From Myxococcota bacterium (GTDB lineage Bacteria; Myxococcota_A; UBA9160; JAFDDA01), in assembly GCA_965228475.1 (NCBI GenBank), contig OZ245817.1, positions 4,736,001 through 4,800,000 on the forward strand: 64,000 bases of DNA, read 5' to 3'. Position numbers and translations under genes: made by a program. The first letter of the stretch is position 1; every line of letters starts with the position of its first letter. The notes under the pieces were generated by a model that was not told where the DNA came from, did no database searches, and worked only from the letters and a program-made list of their open reading frames with translations. This document shows, piece by piece, positions 32,448-42,836 of the stretch.

Positions 32448-33098
32448 TCAGCCGCCGCGCTTGCGGAGCTGCATTCTCGAGCCCTTGCGGAAGCGCTTGC
32501 GCGGTTTCGCGGGCGGCGCGACGGCCTCGTCGTAGCGGCTCATGAAACCCTGTACGGCGAGCCCCGGGTCGAAGCCCACCGCGCGGGCGAAGGCTTCGAC
32601 GAAGCCGCGCACGTACACGCGCGCGGGCAGCCCGGCCATGTTCTCTTCCTCGATGTAGCGGAGGTAGCGCGGGTTCACCTTGGTGAGGCTCGCGACCTTC
32701 TCGAAATCGAAGGAGCGGCGCAGGCGTGCGTTGCGGAAGGCCGCACCGTCGTACTGCTCGGGCGGCTCTTCGACGTCGGTGAGCGGCACGGCCGAGTCCC
32801 GCGGCTCGGCGCGGGGCTCGGGGTCGAACTGGATCTCCACCGTGCTCTCGGGCGCGGCCGGCGCGAGGTGGCGGTCGTACTCTTCCCGGGCCGCGGCGTT
32901 CGAGAGCACGCGATAGGCCTCCTCGACGCGGTCGCGAATGCCCTCGGCGTCGCGCGGGTCGACCACCGAGTAGAGCGCGAGGGAATCCTCGGCGAAGGTC
33001 GAGCGGGCGAGCCGGTAGGCGCGCTCGACGGCGGCCGGCGAGGCGCGCCGCGGAATCTCGAGAATCTCGTAGTAGTCCTGTTCGCCGAGAGGCTTCAC
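32448..33098 (-). CDS. J-like domain fused to RodZ/XRE-like HTH
   Basis: DYYEILEI...EAYRVLSN...REEYD, then YLRYIEEE...VYVRGFV. Confidence 0.8.
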   Translation of the reverse strand: MKPLGEQDYYEILEIPRRASPAAVERAYRLARSTFAEDSLALYSVVDPRDAEGIRDRVEEAYRVLSNAAAREEYDRHLAPAAPESTVEIQFDPEPRAEPRDSAVPLTDVEEPPEQYDGAAFRNARLRRSFDFEKVASLTKVNPRYLRYIEEENMAGLPARVYVRGFVEAFARAVGFDPGLAVQGFMSRYDEAVAPPAKPRKRFRKGSRMQLRKRGG

Positions 33099-34120
33099 GG
33101 GCGGACCTCTTGCTGCGGCGCCAGCCGGGCGCGCCGCCGCTCCTTCTCTTCTTCGGAGATGCGCTCGGCGATCCGCTTCAGGTAGACGGCCGCGTCGGTC
33201 GTGGGCTCGGCCAGCACGAGCGGGCGCCGCGCCAGCACCGATCGGTGCACGGCCTCGTCGTGGTTCACGTAGCCGAGGTACTCGGCGTCGATGCCGAAGT
33301 ACTTGCGGCACACGCTGCGCACCGCGAACCCGACCCGGATGTCCTCCGCGCTGCGCACGCCGTTCATGACGATGCGCGGCCGGAAGGCCGTCATGCTCGC
33401 GACGAAGCGCGCGCCGTCCCGGTCGTCGAGGTTCTGGACCTCCCGCAGGAGGTCGAGGGGCGTGCGGATGCCGCGCTCGTTCTTCTGGTCCATCGCGCCC
33501 GAGACGAGCTGGCGGACGGCCGGCTCCTTCATCGCCATGCGCATGCGGCGGTAGAAGGCCGCACGCAGGAAGGAGTAGGCGTTCTCGACGGAAGTGGGCT
33601 CGGGCTGGATCACGAGGATCTCGTCGTCGCCCTCGCTGAAGTAGTCCGTGACGGCGCTCGCGGTGCCGGCGCCGAGGTCGAAGACGACGATGTCGCAATC
33701 GAGCCGGCGGAGCTGCTCGATCAGGAGCACGCGCTGCTTGTGGGAAGGCTGGGGCGTCGCGAGGTTCGCGTGCGTCCCTGCGATCAGGCGGAGGTTCGGG
33801 ACCGGCGTGTCGTAGGCGAGCTTCGCAAGCTCCGCCTCACGCCCGGCGGCGAAGTCGGCCAGGCTCGCCGGCGGCGCCGGAACGCCCAGACACGTATGAA
33901 GGTTGGCGCCCTCGAGATCGCCGTCGACGACGACCACGCGATGCCCCGCGCTCGCCAGCGCGGCCGAGAGGTTCGCCGCGAAGAAGCTCTTGCCGACGCC
34001 ACCCTTGCCACCGCCGATGGTGACGAGACGGGCCCCGCCGCCCGTGCCCTTCGGCCCGCTCGGCTTCGCCCGCATGGCGCCGCTGTTCTGGTCGGGTCGT
34101 GCGGTCCCCCCGTCCCGCAT
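33095..34120 (-). CDS. MinD/FlhG/ParA family ATPase (start may be 34075)
   Basis: GGGKGGVGKS, VDGDLEGANLH, DLGAGT, PEPTSVENAY. Confidence 0.9.
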   Translation of the reverse strand: MRDGGTARPDQNSGAMRAKPSGPKGTGGGARLVTIGGGKGGVGKSFFAANLSAALASAGHRVVVVDGDLEGANLHTCLGVPAPPASLADFAAGREAELAKLAYDTPVPNLRLIAGTHANLATPQPSHKQRVLLIEQLRRLDCDIVVFDLGAGTASAVTDYFSEGDDEILVIQPEPTSVENAYSFLRAAFYRRMRMAMKEPAVRQLVSGAMDQKNERGIRTPLDLLREVQNLDDRDGARFVASMTAFRPRIVMNGVRSAEDIRVGFAVRSVCRKYFGIDAEYLGYVNHDEAVHRSVLARRPLVLAEPTTDAAVYLKRIAERISEEEKERRRARLAPQQEVRP

Positions 34121-34176
34121 CGTCCCCCCTTCTCGAACGCGTCAACGCGAACGCGCCAACGCGTGCTCGGCTCGCG

Positions 34177-34773
34177 TTACTCCAACAACTCCGTGTTCCA
34201 GTATGAGGCATCCACGACGTTGAGGAATGGCTTCCATTCCTTGTAGCGCACTGAAGACGCGACGAGGTTGGAAAGCGGAGTCCAGCGCGGTTTCGCCGGC
34301 TTGCGCGCGAGCTTCATGCCCGCCTGCCGAGGGGTTCGCCCCCCCTTTCGGCGGTTGCAGTCGAGGCAGCTGCAAACGACGTTGTCCCAGGTGCTGCGTC
34401 CGCCGAGGGCGCGCGGGATCACGTGGTCGAGGTTCAGGTCCGAGCGCGGCCCGCGCTTGGCGCAGTACTGACAGGTGAAGTCGTCGCGGGCGAAGATGTT
34501 GAGGCGGCTGAAGCGGACGTGGCGCTTCGGGATGCGGTCGAAGGTGACCAGGACGATGACTCTTGGCACGAGCAGGGCGCCGCTCGAGGTGCCGATCCGA
34601 TCGCCCTCGCGGAGCTCCGCGAGCTCGCTCCAGCTCTCGAAGTCGAAGGTCTGGTACTGCTCGTCGATGGCCTTGGCCGCGCCCTGGTAGATGAGTGCAA
34701 ACGCCCGCCGTACCGACGTGACGTGAATCGGTAGATAGGACCGATTGAGAACCAGGACGCTCGAGTTCAGCAT
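34177..34773 (-). CDS. HNH endonuclease family protein
   Basis: VLVLNRSY, RDDFTCQYC, DHVIPRALGG, WDNVVCSCLDCNRRKG. Confidence 0.92.
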   Translation of the reverse strand: MLNSSVLVLNRSYLPIHVTSVRRAFALIYQGAAKAIDEQYQTFDFESWSELAELREGDRIGTSSGALLVPRVIVLVTFDRIPKRHVRFSRLNIFARDDFTCQYCAKRGPRSDLNLDHVIPRALGGRSTWDNVVCSCLDCNRRKGGRTPRQAGMKLARKPAKPRWTPLSNLVASSVRYKEWKPFLNVVDASYWNTELLE

Positions 34774-34810
34774 CTCGATGGGGACACGGTACCGGACGGC
34801 ACCGCGGGCT

Positions 34811-36208
34811 TCAAACCACGTTCCGGTGTAGGGCCTCGCCCAGGGCCGCCTCGACCAGCGCATCGTCGCCCGGCAGGAGCGTCCGCGCGTCGAGCCAGAC
34901 GGCTGCGTCATGGATGCGCGCCAGCACCGGAACCGCGGCATGACGCAGCGCCGCACTGAGCGCCTCGGCGCTCCCGGCTCCGCGCAGCACCACGGCGAAG
35001 GTCGGCAGGACGAAGCCCGGCAGGGTGCCGCCGCCCACCGCGGCCTGTCCGGGCTCGACCGAGATCTCGACGGAGCCTTCGAGCTTCCGGAGCCGCGCCG
35101 CCAGCGCCTCGGCCCGGCGCTCGACGGCTTCGGCAGGCTCGCAGAGCTGGCGGACGGTGGGGATCTCCTCCGCGCGGCCTTCGAGGAGCGCGCGAAGCGT
35201 CCAGTCGAGGGCGGCGAGCGAGAGTTTGTCGAGGCGCAGGGCCCGGGCCAGGGCGTTCTTGCGCATGCGATGCACGACCTCGCGGCGGCCGAGCACGAGC
35301 CCGGCCTGGGGCCCGCCGAGCAGCTTGTCGCCCGAGAAGCAGACGACGTCCGCGCCGGCCGCCACCCGGGAGGGCGCGAAGTAGGTGCGCGGCAGGCCGT
35401 GCTCGGCGAGATCGAGCAGCGTCCCCGAGCCGAGGTCTTCCACGACCGGCACGCCGTGCTCGCGGCCGATCGCGACGAGCTCCGCGAGCTCCACCTCGGC
35501 GGTGAAGCCCCGCACCTCGAAGTTGCTGCGGTGGACCTTCAGCAGGAGACCCGTCTCGGGCCCGATGGCGCGGCGGTAATCGTCCGCGTGAGTCCGGTTC
35601 GTGGTGCCGACCTCGACGAGACGCGCGCCGGAGCTCGAGAGGATGTCCGGCACGCGGAAGGAGCCGCCGATCTCGACGAGCTCCCCGCGCGAGACGATCA
35701 CCTCCCGGCCGCGCGCCAGCGTGTCGAGGGCGAGCAGCGTCGCCGCGGCGTTGTTGTTCACGGCGAGGGCGTCCTCGCTCCCGCCGAGGTCCGTGAGCAG
35801 CGCGTTCACCGAACCGAGGCGGTCGCCGCGCTGGCCGGTCTCGAGGTCGAGTTCGAGGTTCGAGTAGTGGGCGGCGGTCTCGGCGGCGGCGCGCGCGGCA
35901 TCCGGCGGCAGCGCCGCGCGCCCGAGGTTCGTGTGAAGCACCACGCCCGTGGCGTTCACCACGGCGGTCGGCTGCGGTCGCGCGAAGCGCGCGGCGGCGG
36001 CCGTGGCGCGCTCCAGGAGATGGGAGGGCTCGGGGGCGGCGGCGCCGGGTTTGCCGAGGGCCGCGCGCGCGGCGTCGAGGCTCGCACGCACGCCGCGCAC
36101 GACCGCCCAGGCCGGGAGCTCGGGCACCGCTTCCGCGACCTCGCGCGAGAGACGGTCCACGCTCGGCAGCGCCCGCCGGGCATCCTTGCCGGGTTCGCGC
36201 GAACTCAA
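34811..36208 (-). CDS. selA: L-seryl-tRNA(Sec) selenium transferase
   Basis: RALPSVD, NATGVVLHTNLGRA, VNNNAAA, ELVEIGGSFRVP, FSGDKLLGGPQAG; TTG start inferred. Confidence 0.96.
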   Translation of the reverse strand: MSSREPGKDARRALPSVDRLSREVAEAVPELPAWAVVRGVRASLDAARAALGKPGAAAPEPSHLLERATAAAARFARPQPTAVVNATGVVLHTNLGRAALPPDAARAAAETAAHYSNLELDLETGQRGDRLGSVNALLTDLGGSEDALAVNNNAAATLLALDTLARGREVIVSRGELVEIGGSFRVPDILSSSGARLVEVGTTNRTHADDYRRAIGPETGLLLKVHRSNFEVRGFTAEVELAELVAIGREHGVPVVEDLGSGTLLDLAEHGLPRTYFAPSRVAAGADVVCFSGDKLLGGPQAGLVLGRREVVHRMRKNALARALRLDKLSLAALDWTLRALLEGRAEEIPTVRQLCEPAEAVERRAEALAARLRKLEGSVEISVEPGQAAVGGGTLPGFVLPTFAVVLRGAGSAEALSAALRHAAVPVLARIHDAAVWLDARTLLPGDDALVEAALGEALHRNVV

Positions 36209-36771
36209 CGAATTCCCCCCCGCCCGAGGGCCGGCTGCGCTGCGCCAAGCGTTCGGCATCGCAGGGGAATCGAGGCGAGGGCGGGTTCGGGGCGGGAAGT
36301 CACGTCGGGGTGTCCTGGTTGCGCCGGGGTCTTGGATTTACCATGCTCGGGACCACAGTTTAGGGCGGTCTGGAGAGATTTCCCCGGGGGCAAGGCATTC
36401 CTCGACGGGGACCCAGGGACGAAGCCGCTGCGAGCGGCCACTGGAGGTGGCCTCGTGCGGCAGATGCCGCAGGGCTGGACGGGCGGCGGGGAGCTGCACG
36501 GAGCCCGGCGGACCTGGAAGTCGATCTTCGGACCGTGAAGGTTGGAAACCGGTGCGAATTCACGCTTTTCCCAATGATTTCAGGGTTTTAGAGAACTCCC
36601 GTCCCGCCGGCCCCTAGGCCGGCGCCACTCCACGTCCCCGCCGCCGCGAGGCGCGCGCCCACCGCGTGCGCCGGCGGATCCTCTCCATCACCCGTCCCGC
36701 GTGGGTTCGACCAACGCGGCCTTGGTGCGTCGACCGACGGGTCGACGCGACCGGGCGCCGTGGGGACGGAC

Positions 36772-38733
36772 ATGAAGAACGAGATCCTGGTGAACGCCGA
36801 GCGCGGGGAAACCCGCGTCGCCGTTCTCGAACGCGGCCAATGTGCCGACCTCCTGATCGAACGGACCGGCGCCGAGGACGTGGTCGGCAGCGTCATCAAG
36901 GGCAAGGTCACGCGGGTACTGCCCGGCATGCAGGCGGCCTTCGTCGACATCGGCCTCGAGAAGGCGGCCTTCCTCTACGCGGGCGACTACTACGCCGACG
37001 GCGAGGAGGACGAGGGCCGCGGCCGCCGGCGCAGCAGCGCGAAGAACGGCAAGGGTGGCAACGGGAAGGGCGGCCGCGGGCGCTCGAACGGCCGGGGCCG
37101 CAACCGCCAGCCCCCCCGGATCGACACCCTGCTCTCCGAGGGCGAAGAGATCACCGTCCAGGTCGCCAAGGAGCCGATCGGCACCAAGGGCGCCCGCATC
37201 ACCTCGAACGTCTCCATCGCCGGACGCCACCTCGTGCTGACGCCGCGCTCGAAGCGCGTCGGCGTCTCGCGGCGGATCGATTCGGACAAGGAGCGGCGCC
37301 GCCTGCGCGACATCGTGACGCGGCTCCGCCCCGAGGGCCTCGGCTTCATCACCCGCACGGCCGGCCAGAACGTCCGCGAGGCGGACCTCGAGGCCGACAT
37401 CAAATACCTCTCCGAGGTCTGGAGCGACGTCCAGAAGAAGAAGAACGGCGCCGCCACCCCGAGCGTGCTCTACAGCGAGCCGCGCCTGCCGATCCGCGTG
37501 ATCCGGGATCTCGCGAGCAACGAGACCGAGCGCATCGTCGTCGACAACGAAGAGATCTACGAGGAGATGAAGACCTTCGTGGACCGCTTCATCGCGGACC
37601 CGAAGCCCAAGATCGAGCACTACCAGGGCGAGACGCCGCTCTTCGACAAGTTCGGCGTGGAAGCCCAGATCGACGCCAACCTGAACCGCAAGGTCTTCAT
37701 GAAATCCGGCGGCTACCTGATCATCGATCAGAGCGAGGCGCTGACCGCGATCGACGTGAACACCGGCAGCTACGTCGGCAAGCGCGACCTCGAAGAGACG
37801 GTCCTGCGCACGAACCTCGAAGCGGTGAAGGAGATCGTCCACCAGCTCCGCTTCCGGAACATCGGCGGCCTGCTGATCCTCGACCTGATCGACATGGAGA
37901 GCCAGGCCAACCGCGACAAGGTCTACCGCGCGCTGCAGGAGGAGCTGCGCGCGGACAAGGCGCGCACGAACATCCTGCGCATCTCGGAGCTCGGCCTCGT
38001 CGAGATGACGCGCAAGCGGACGCGGGAGAACCTCGTCCAGACCGTGTGCGAGCCGTGCAGCTACTGCGAGGGCAAGGGCTACGTGCTCTCGGTGCGCTCG
38101 GTGACCTACCGGATCCTGCGCGCCCTGCGCGGGGACCTCTCGCGCCTGTCCGGGCGGCAGGTCGCGCTCTCGGTGGCCCCGGCCGTGGCGGAGCTCCTGC
38201 TCGGCGAGGAGAAGGAATCCCTGGCTGCCCTCGAGGCCGAGCTCGGGCGCTCCATCGAGCTTCGGGCCGTGCCGGGCATGCACCACGAACGCTTCGAGGT
38301 CCAGGCCCTCGACGCCGGGCCGCCGGTGGCCGTGAATCTCTCCTGGCTCGAGGCCCCGGACGGCGAGGCCCCGCCGGAGCCCGACGAGGAGGAGGTCGAG
38401 GCCTCCGAGGAGGGGGCCGAGGAGACGCCCGCAGCAGAGGCGCCCGAGGCCGGCCCGGAGCCCGAGGCGGCCCCGGAAGCCGCCGCAGAGGCGGCGGAAA
38501 CGGCCGAGACCCCCGCGGAGAGCCCCCCGAGCGGGGCCGCGGAAGCGGCCCCGGAGGCGGCCGAAGCCGCCGCTGCGGAGCCTGGCGAAGCCGCTGCGGA
38601 GCCCGCCGATGCCGAGGAGGCTCCGCCGGAGCCCCCGAGCGGCCCGGCCCTGGCCCGGGCCGAGGAGGCCCCGCTTGACGAGGCGCCGGAATCCCGGATA
38701 CTCCGCGGTTCCCAGCAAAGCGGAGAGTCCTGA
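36772..38733 (+). CDS. Rne/Rng family ribonuclease with acidic disordered C-tail
   Basis: [42 protein letters not shown]. Confidence 0.95.
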   Translation: MKNEILVNAERGETRVAVLERGQCADLLIERTGAEDVVGSVIKGKVTRVLPGMQAAFVDIGLEKAAFLYAGDYYADGEEDEGRGRRRSSAKNGKGGNGKGGRGRSNGRGRNRQPPRIDTLLSEGEEITVQVAKEPIGTKGARITSNVSIAGRHLVLTPRSKRVGVSRRIDSDKERRRLRDIVTRLRPEGLGFITRTAGQNVREADLEADIKYLSEVWSDVQKKKNGAATPSVLYSEPRLPIRVIRDLASNETERIVVDNEEIYEEMKTFVDRFIADPKPKIEHYQGETPLFDKFGVEAQIDANLNRKVFMKSGGYLIIDQSEALTAIDVNTGSYVGKRDLEETVLRTNLEAVKEIVHQLRFRNIGGLLILDLIDMESQANRDKVYRALQEELRADKARTNILRISELGLVEMTRKRTRENLVQTVCEPCSYCEGKGYVLSVRSVTYRILRALRGDLSRLSGRQVALSVAPAVAELLLGEEKESLAALEAELGRSIELRAVPGMHHERFEVQALDAGPPVAVNLSWLEAPDGEAPPEPDEEEVEASEEGAEETPAAEAPEAGPEPEAAPEAAAEAAETAETPAESPPSGAAEAAPEAAEAAAAEPGEAAAEPADAEEAPPEPPSGPALARAEEAPLDEAPESRILRGSQQSGES

Positions 38734-39044
38734 TGTACGCGGTTGTGCGAACCGGCGGCAAGCAAGTGTGGGTCGCGCCTGGCGAGGCGGTCCGGGTGGA
38801 GAAGCTCCCCGGCGAGGTCGGCGAATCGATCGAGCTCGGCGAAGTGCTGCTCGTCGGCGGCGAGGGCGAGGCCCGCGTCGGCCAGCCGCTCGTGGATGGC
38901 GCCAAGGTCGTCGGCACGATCACGGCCCAGGGCAAGGGCCCGAAGATTCATGTCTTCAAGATGAAGCGCCGAAAGAACTACAGCCGGCGGCAAGGCCACC
39001 GGCAGCTCTACACCGAAATCCGTATCGACAAGATCGAGGGTTAA
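38733..39044 (+). CDS. rplU: 50S ribosomal protein L21
   Basis: [18 protein letters not shown]. Confidence 0.97.
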   Translation: MYAVVRTGGKQVWVAPGEAVRVEKLPGEVGESIELGEVLLVGGEGEARVGQPLVDGAKVVGTITAQGKGPKIHVFKMKRRKNYSRRQGHRQLYTEIRIDKIEG

Positions 39045-39049
39045 GTCCG

Positions 39050-39310
39050 ATGTCACACAAAAAAGGACAGGGCAGCTCCCGCAACGGCCGCGACAGCAAC
39101 GCGCAGCGCCGTGGCGTGAAGGTCTTCGGCGGACAGCAGGTGAACGCCGGTGCGATCCTCGTGCGCCAGGTCGGGACGAAGATCCACGCCGGGCGCAACG
39201 TGGGCGTCGGCAAGGACTACACGCTGTTCGCCCTGCGCACGGGCGTGGTCCACTACGACGACCGCCGCGGCCGCAAGGTCGCCCGCGTCGACGAAGCCGC
39301 CGCCTCCTAG
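39050..39310 (+). CDS. rpmA: 50S ribosomal protein L27
   Basis: [24 protein letters not shown]. Confidence 0.97.
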   Translation: MSHKKGQGSSRNGRDSNAQRRGVKVFGGQQVNAGAILVRQVGTKIHAGRNVGVGKDYTLFALRTGVVHYDDRRGRKVARVDEAAAS

Positions 39311-39342
39311 GCCCGCGGCCCCCGGCAAGCGGGGCTCCCCCA

Positions 39343-40428
39343 ATGAACACGGACAAGAGCTTCGTCGACGAAGCCGTCGTGCACGTGCACGCGGGGCGTG
39401 GCGGCGACGGTTCGGTGAGCTTTCGGCGCGAGAAGTTCGTGCCGCGCGGCGGGCCCGACGGTGGCGACGGCGGGCGCGGCGGCAGCGTCATCTTCGTGGC
39501 GGATCGCAACCTGGCCACGCTCGTCGACCAGCGGCTCCACCCGAAGATCCGCGCCGAGAACGGCCTGCCCGGCGAACGGCGCAACCGAAACGGCCGCGGG
39601 GGTGAGGACAAGATCGTCCCCCTGCCCGTCGGCACCCTGATCTTCGACGCGGACGCGGGCGAAGACGCCGAACCCCTCGCGGACCTCTCCGAGGACGGCG
39701 CACGCTACACGGCCGCCCGCGGCGGGCGGGGCGGACGCGGCAACACCCAGTTCACCTCGCCCACGCGGCAGACGCCGGACTTCGCCGAGGACGGCCGGCT
39801 CGGCGGGCTCGCGAACCTGCGCCTCTCCTTGAAGCTGCTCGCGGACGTCGGCCTGGCCGGGCTCCCGAACGCCGGCAAGTCGACCCTGCTCTCGCGCATC
39901 TCCGGCGCGAAGCCGCGCGTCGCCGCCTACCCCTTCACGACCCTCGTCCCGTCCCTCGGCGTGGTCGAGAAGGGCGAGCATCGCTTCGTCGTGGCGGACA
40001 TCCCGGGCCTGATCGAGGGCGCGAGCGAGGGCACCGGCCTCGGCGACCGCTTCCTCCGCCACGTCGAGCGCACCCGGCTACTCGTCCACGTCCTCGACGT
40101 GGGGACGTGCCTGCTCGAGGAGCGCGACCCGCTCGCGGACTACGAGACCATCCGCGGCGAGCTCGAAGCCTACGGGGCGGAGCTCGGCGAGCGGCCCGAG
40201 ATCGTCGCGCTGAACAAGCTCGATCTCATCGCGGACCGCGAGGCACTCGATACCTTGGAGGCGGAGTTCGCCGCCCGGGGCCGGCGCGTGCTGCGCATCT
40301 CCGGGGTGACGGGCGAAGGCATCGACGCGCTCATCGACGCCATGGCCGAAGCCGTCGGCCAGGCGCTCGACGCGGAAGAGCAGCGCAAGCGCGAGGCCGA
40401 GCGCGAAGAAACGAGGACCGAGTCGTGA
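39343..40428 (+). CDS. obgE: GTPase ObgE
   Basis: FRREKFVPRGGPDGGDGG, GLPNAGKST, YPFTT, DIPG, NKLD. Confidence 0.97.
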   Translation: MNTDKSFVDEAVVHVHAGRGGDGSVSFRREKFVPRGGPDGGDGGRGGSVIFVADRNLATLVDQRLHPKIRAENGLPGERRNRNGRGGEDKIVPLPVGTLIFDADAGEDAEPLADLSEDGARYTAARGGRGGRGNTQFTSPTRQTPDFAEDGRLGGLANLRLSLKLLADVGLAGLPNAGKSTLLSRISGAKPRVAAYPFTTLVPSLGVVEKGEHRFVVADIPGLIEGASEGTGLGDRFLRHVERTRLLVHVLDVGTCLLEERDPLADYETIRGELEAYGAELGERPEIVALNKLDLIADREALDTLEAEFAARGRRVLRISGVTGEGIDALIDAMAEAVGQALDAEEQRKREAEREETRTES

Positions 40429-41558
40429 GCGATGTGCGAAGAAAGCACGTGAAGGGCGCGCGGCGGATCGTCGTGAAGGTCGGGAGCAGCTCGCTCAGCT
40501 CCGACGGCCAGCTCCGGACGCGCCTGTTCGGCGACCTCGCCCGCCAGATCGCCGAGCTCACCACGAACAAGCGCCGCTTCGTGATCGTCTCCTCGGGCGC
40601 CATCGCCATGGGTGCGCGTACGCTCGGCTGGAAGAACCGCGGCCGCTCCATCCCCGAGAAGCAGGCCGCCGCCGCCGTCGGGCAGATCGACCTCGTCGAG
40701 ACCTACCGCAAGCGCTTCGCCCGCCACGACATGCAGGTGGGTCAGGTGCTCGTGACGCGCCAGGGCATGGAAGACCGCGAGCGATTCCTGAACGCCCGCC
40801 ACACCCTGACGACCCTGCTCGACATGGGCGTCGTGCCGATCGTGAACGAGAACGACACCGTCGCGACCGACGAGATCCGCTTCGGCGACAACGACAACCT
40901 CTCGGCCACCGTGCTGAACCTGATCGGTGCCGACCTGCTCGTCCTGCTCTCGGACGTCGACGGCCTCTACGAAGAACGGCCCGAAGCCGGCAAGCCCAAG
41001 CCGAAGATGATCCGCGAGGTCGAGAAGATCGACGCGCGCATCAAGCGCGCCGCGAGCGGCCCGGGCAGCGACTTCGGCAGCGGCGGCATGGCGACCAAGC
41101 TCGAAGCCGCCGAGACCGCCGCCCGCTCGGGCGCCGCGACGATCGTCTGCAACGGCCGCAAGAAGGACATCCTCCTGAAGCTCCTGGCCGGCGAGCCCGA
41201 AGGCACGCTCTTCCTGCCCGGCGAGAAGCTCAACAGCCGCAAGCACTGGCTCGCCTTCACCACGCGCCCGAAGGGCGAGCTCGTCCTCGACGACGGCGCC
41301 GTCCGCGCGCTGCGCGAGGGCGGCAAGAGCCTGCTCCCGGCCGGCATCACCGAAGTCCGCGGCCGCTTCCGCATCGGCGACGCCGTCGCCTGCGTCGACC
41401 GCCGCGGCAACGAGATCGCCCGCGGCCTCGCCGCCTACGCCTCCGGCGACGTCGCCCGCATCCGCGGCCTCGAGACCCGCAAGGTCGCGGGCGTCCTCGG
41501 CTACACGAATGGGGATGCGGTGGTGCACCGGGACGACCTGGTGGTGCTCACGGGCTGA
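40425..41558 (+). CDS. proB: Glutamate 5-kinase with PUA domain
   Basis: IVVKVGSS, NENDTV, FGDNDNL, GSGGMATK, VVHRDDLV. Confidence 0.96.
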   Translation: MSDVRRKHVKGARRIVVKVGSSSLSSDGQLRTRLFGDLARQIAELTTNKRRFVIVSSGAIAMGARTLGWKNRGRSIPEKQAAAAVGQIDLVETYRKRFARHDMQVGQVLVTRQGMEDRERFLNARHTLTTLLDMGVVPIVNENDTVATDEIRFGDNDNLSATVLNLIGADLLVLLSDVDGLYEERPEAGKPKPKMIREVEKIDARIKRAASGPGSDFGSGGMATKLEAAETAARSGAATIVCNGRKKDILLKLLAGEPEGTLFLPGEKLNSRKHWLAFTTRPKGELVLDDGAVRALREGGKSLLPAGITEVRGRFRIGDAVACVDRRGNEIARGLAAYASGDVARIRGLETRKVAGVLGYTNGDAVVHRDDLVVLTG

Positions 41559-41972
41559 GCAGGCTCAGGATCTCCCCCGAGCGTCCGTCTGAGATCCACG
41601 CGGACGCGGGCTCGGTTCCCGCCGCCTCCACAACCAGTCTCTTTGCTGATCTCTAGCGGGTCGCTTGTGAGTCTGACGGCTTCAGCTCCCTTCACGCCCG
41701 CTTCGTCTTGGACATCGGGCGACGACTGCCGGGAGGCTTGGGTGCCACGTTCCCTAGGAGCAGGATCGGCACCGCCTCCACCATCATCGCCGCTCCCACT
41801 ACCGGGAGCGTCACCACGATCGCCAGCATGGTCGCCAACACCAGCAGGGGAGGCATCGTCGGACGACGATGGTGAAGAGGACGAGGTAGACGAAGTTGAT
41901 GAACAGGACGAGGCAGAACGACTAATGGCAGTGGGGCTGATCCGACGGCCAGAGTGTCGGGCGACCAACCTC

Positions 41973-42836
41973 CTAGGATCGTTCGCGGAGACCACCTAGG
42001 AACTCGTCGACCGTGGCAACGGCCTGCTGTCGAAGTCTGGCGTTCTCGTCGTTGTTCCCCGGAGCGGCCAGAAAAGACGCATAGGCGTTCGGGCCGTCCC
42101 GACCTACATCAGCGAACCGATCTTCGAGAAGCACCAGGGCGTCGATCACTTGGGGGTGCTTGATGACATCACTCGATGAGCATCTGCGACCAGCAGCTCG
42201 CGGGCCGTCAGCGTGATTCAAGAGCGTGAAGACCAGATCGTACGCGTCCTTGTTGGCATGACGGTCCTGAAAAGCAAAGATCTTCAAGACGGTGTACGGA
42301 AGGACGTTCGCTACCTGCACTGTGACTCGGGACCGCCCTCCGCCATCGAGCCGCTCGCCCTCAATCTCGCGCTCCAAATAATCTCTGCGAACGAGCTGCG
42401 CCCCCCGGACGTTGAAAGCACCGAGTTTCGTTCCCGCATTCTCGCCCTTCGGTTTAAAGATCCGGCCGTCCTCTACCTCGTCCGTCTCGCAGAGAAACTC
42501 CACCAGAACCGGGATGCCATCGACGTCTCTGGACCACTGAAAGCTGTGCTCACGCTGAACGAACTCAGCGGTTAGCAGGTTGTTCTGCAGGGTCCGGTAC
42601 GTCTCGGGCGTCTCGTCACCAAGAGCGATGCCGATGACGAGATCAATGTCTGTGGTGCCCACGTGCGGCTGCACTCCCTCTGGGAGCTGGCTGACCAGGT
42701 ATCTCGGCGCGAGCCCTCCGGCGAGGAAGATCCGTTCCCTCCACGGCCCGAGGTCACCAAGCAGCGTGAGCAGGACCCGCTCGCAGCGCGCCGTCGTTTC
42801 CTCGTCGTAGCTGGAGCGGTGCCCTCGATTGGTCAA
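41973..42836 (-). CDS. AbiEii-like nucleotidyltransferase-fold toxin
   Basis: LAGGLAP...GTTDIDL, LKIFAFQDR..KDAYDL; 4-nt overlap with the upstream antitoxin. Confidence 0.75.
   Translation of the reverse strand: MTNRGHRSSYDEETTARCERVLLTLLGDLGPWRERIFLAGGLAPRYLVSQLPEGVQPHVGTTDIDLVIGIALGDETPETYRTLQNNLLTAEFVQREHSFQWSRDVDGIPVLVEFLCETDEVEDGRIFKPKGENAGTKLGAFNVRGAQLVRRDYLEREIEGERLDGGGRSRVTVQVANVLPYTVLKIFAFQDRHANKDAYDLVFTLLNHADGPRAAGRRCSSSDVIKHPQVIDALVLLEDRFADVGRDGPNAYASFLAAPGNNDENARLRQQAVATVDEFLGGLRERS

Noticed and set aside
34177..34773. HNH gene as a homing or mobile element
   Set aside because: Host-like composition, no flanking repeats or intron context; looks like a standalone HNH family member
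36209..36771. Possible selC (tRNA-Sec) or other structured RNA next to selA
   Set aside because: No UCA anticodon arm or complete cloverleaf found by eye; more likely divergent promoters and the rne leader. An Rfam scan would settle it
41559..41640. Intact tmRNA gene
   Set aside because: Only ~43 nt separate proB from the fragment; no 5' end or tag frame, and the T-loop is degenerate
41501..41999. ORFs 41501..41995 - and 41643..41999 +
   Set aside because: Low complexity with atypical codon use; the minus ORF overlaps proB, and its GGGGNRARVR is the antisense reading of the tmRNA-like tail
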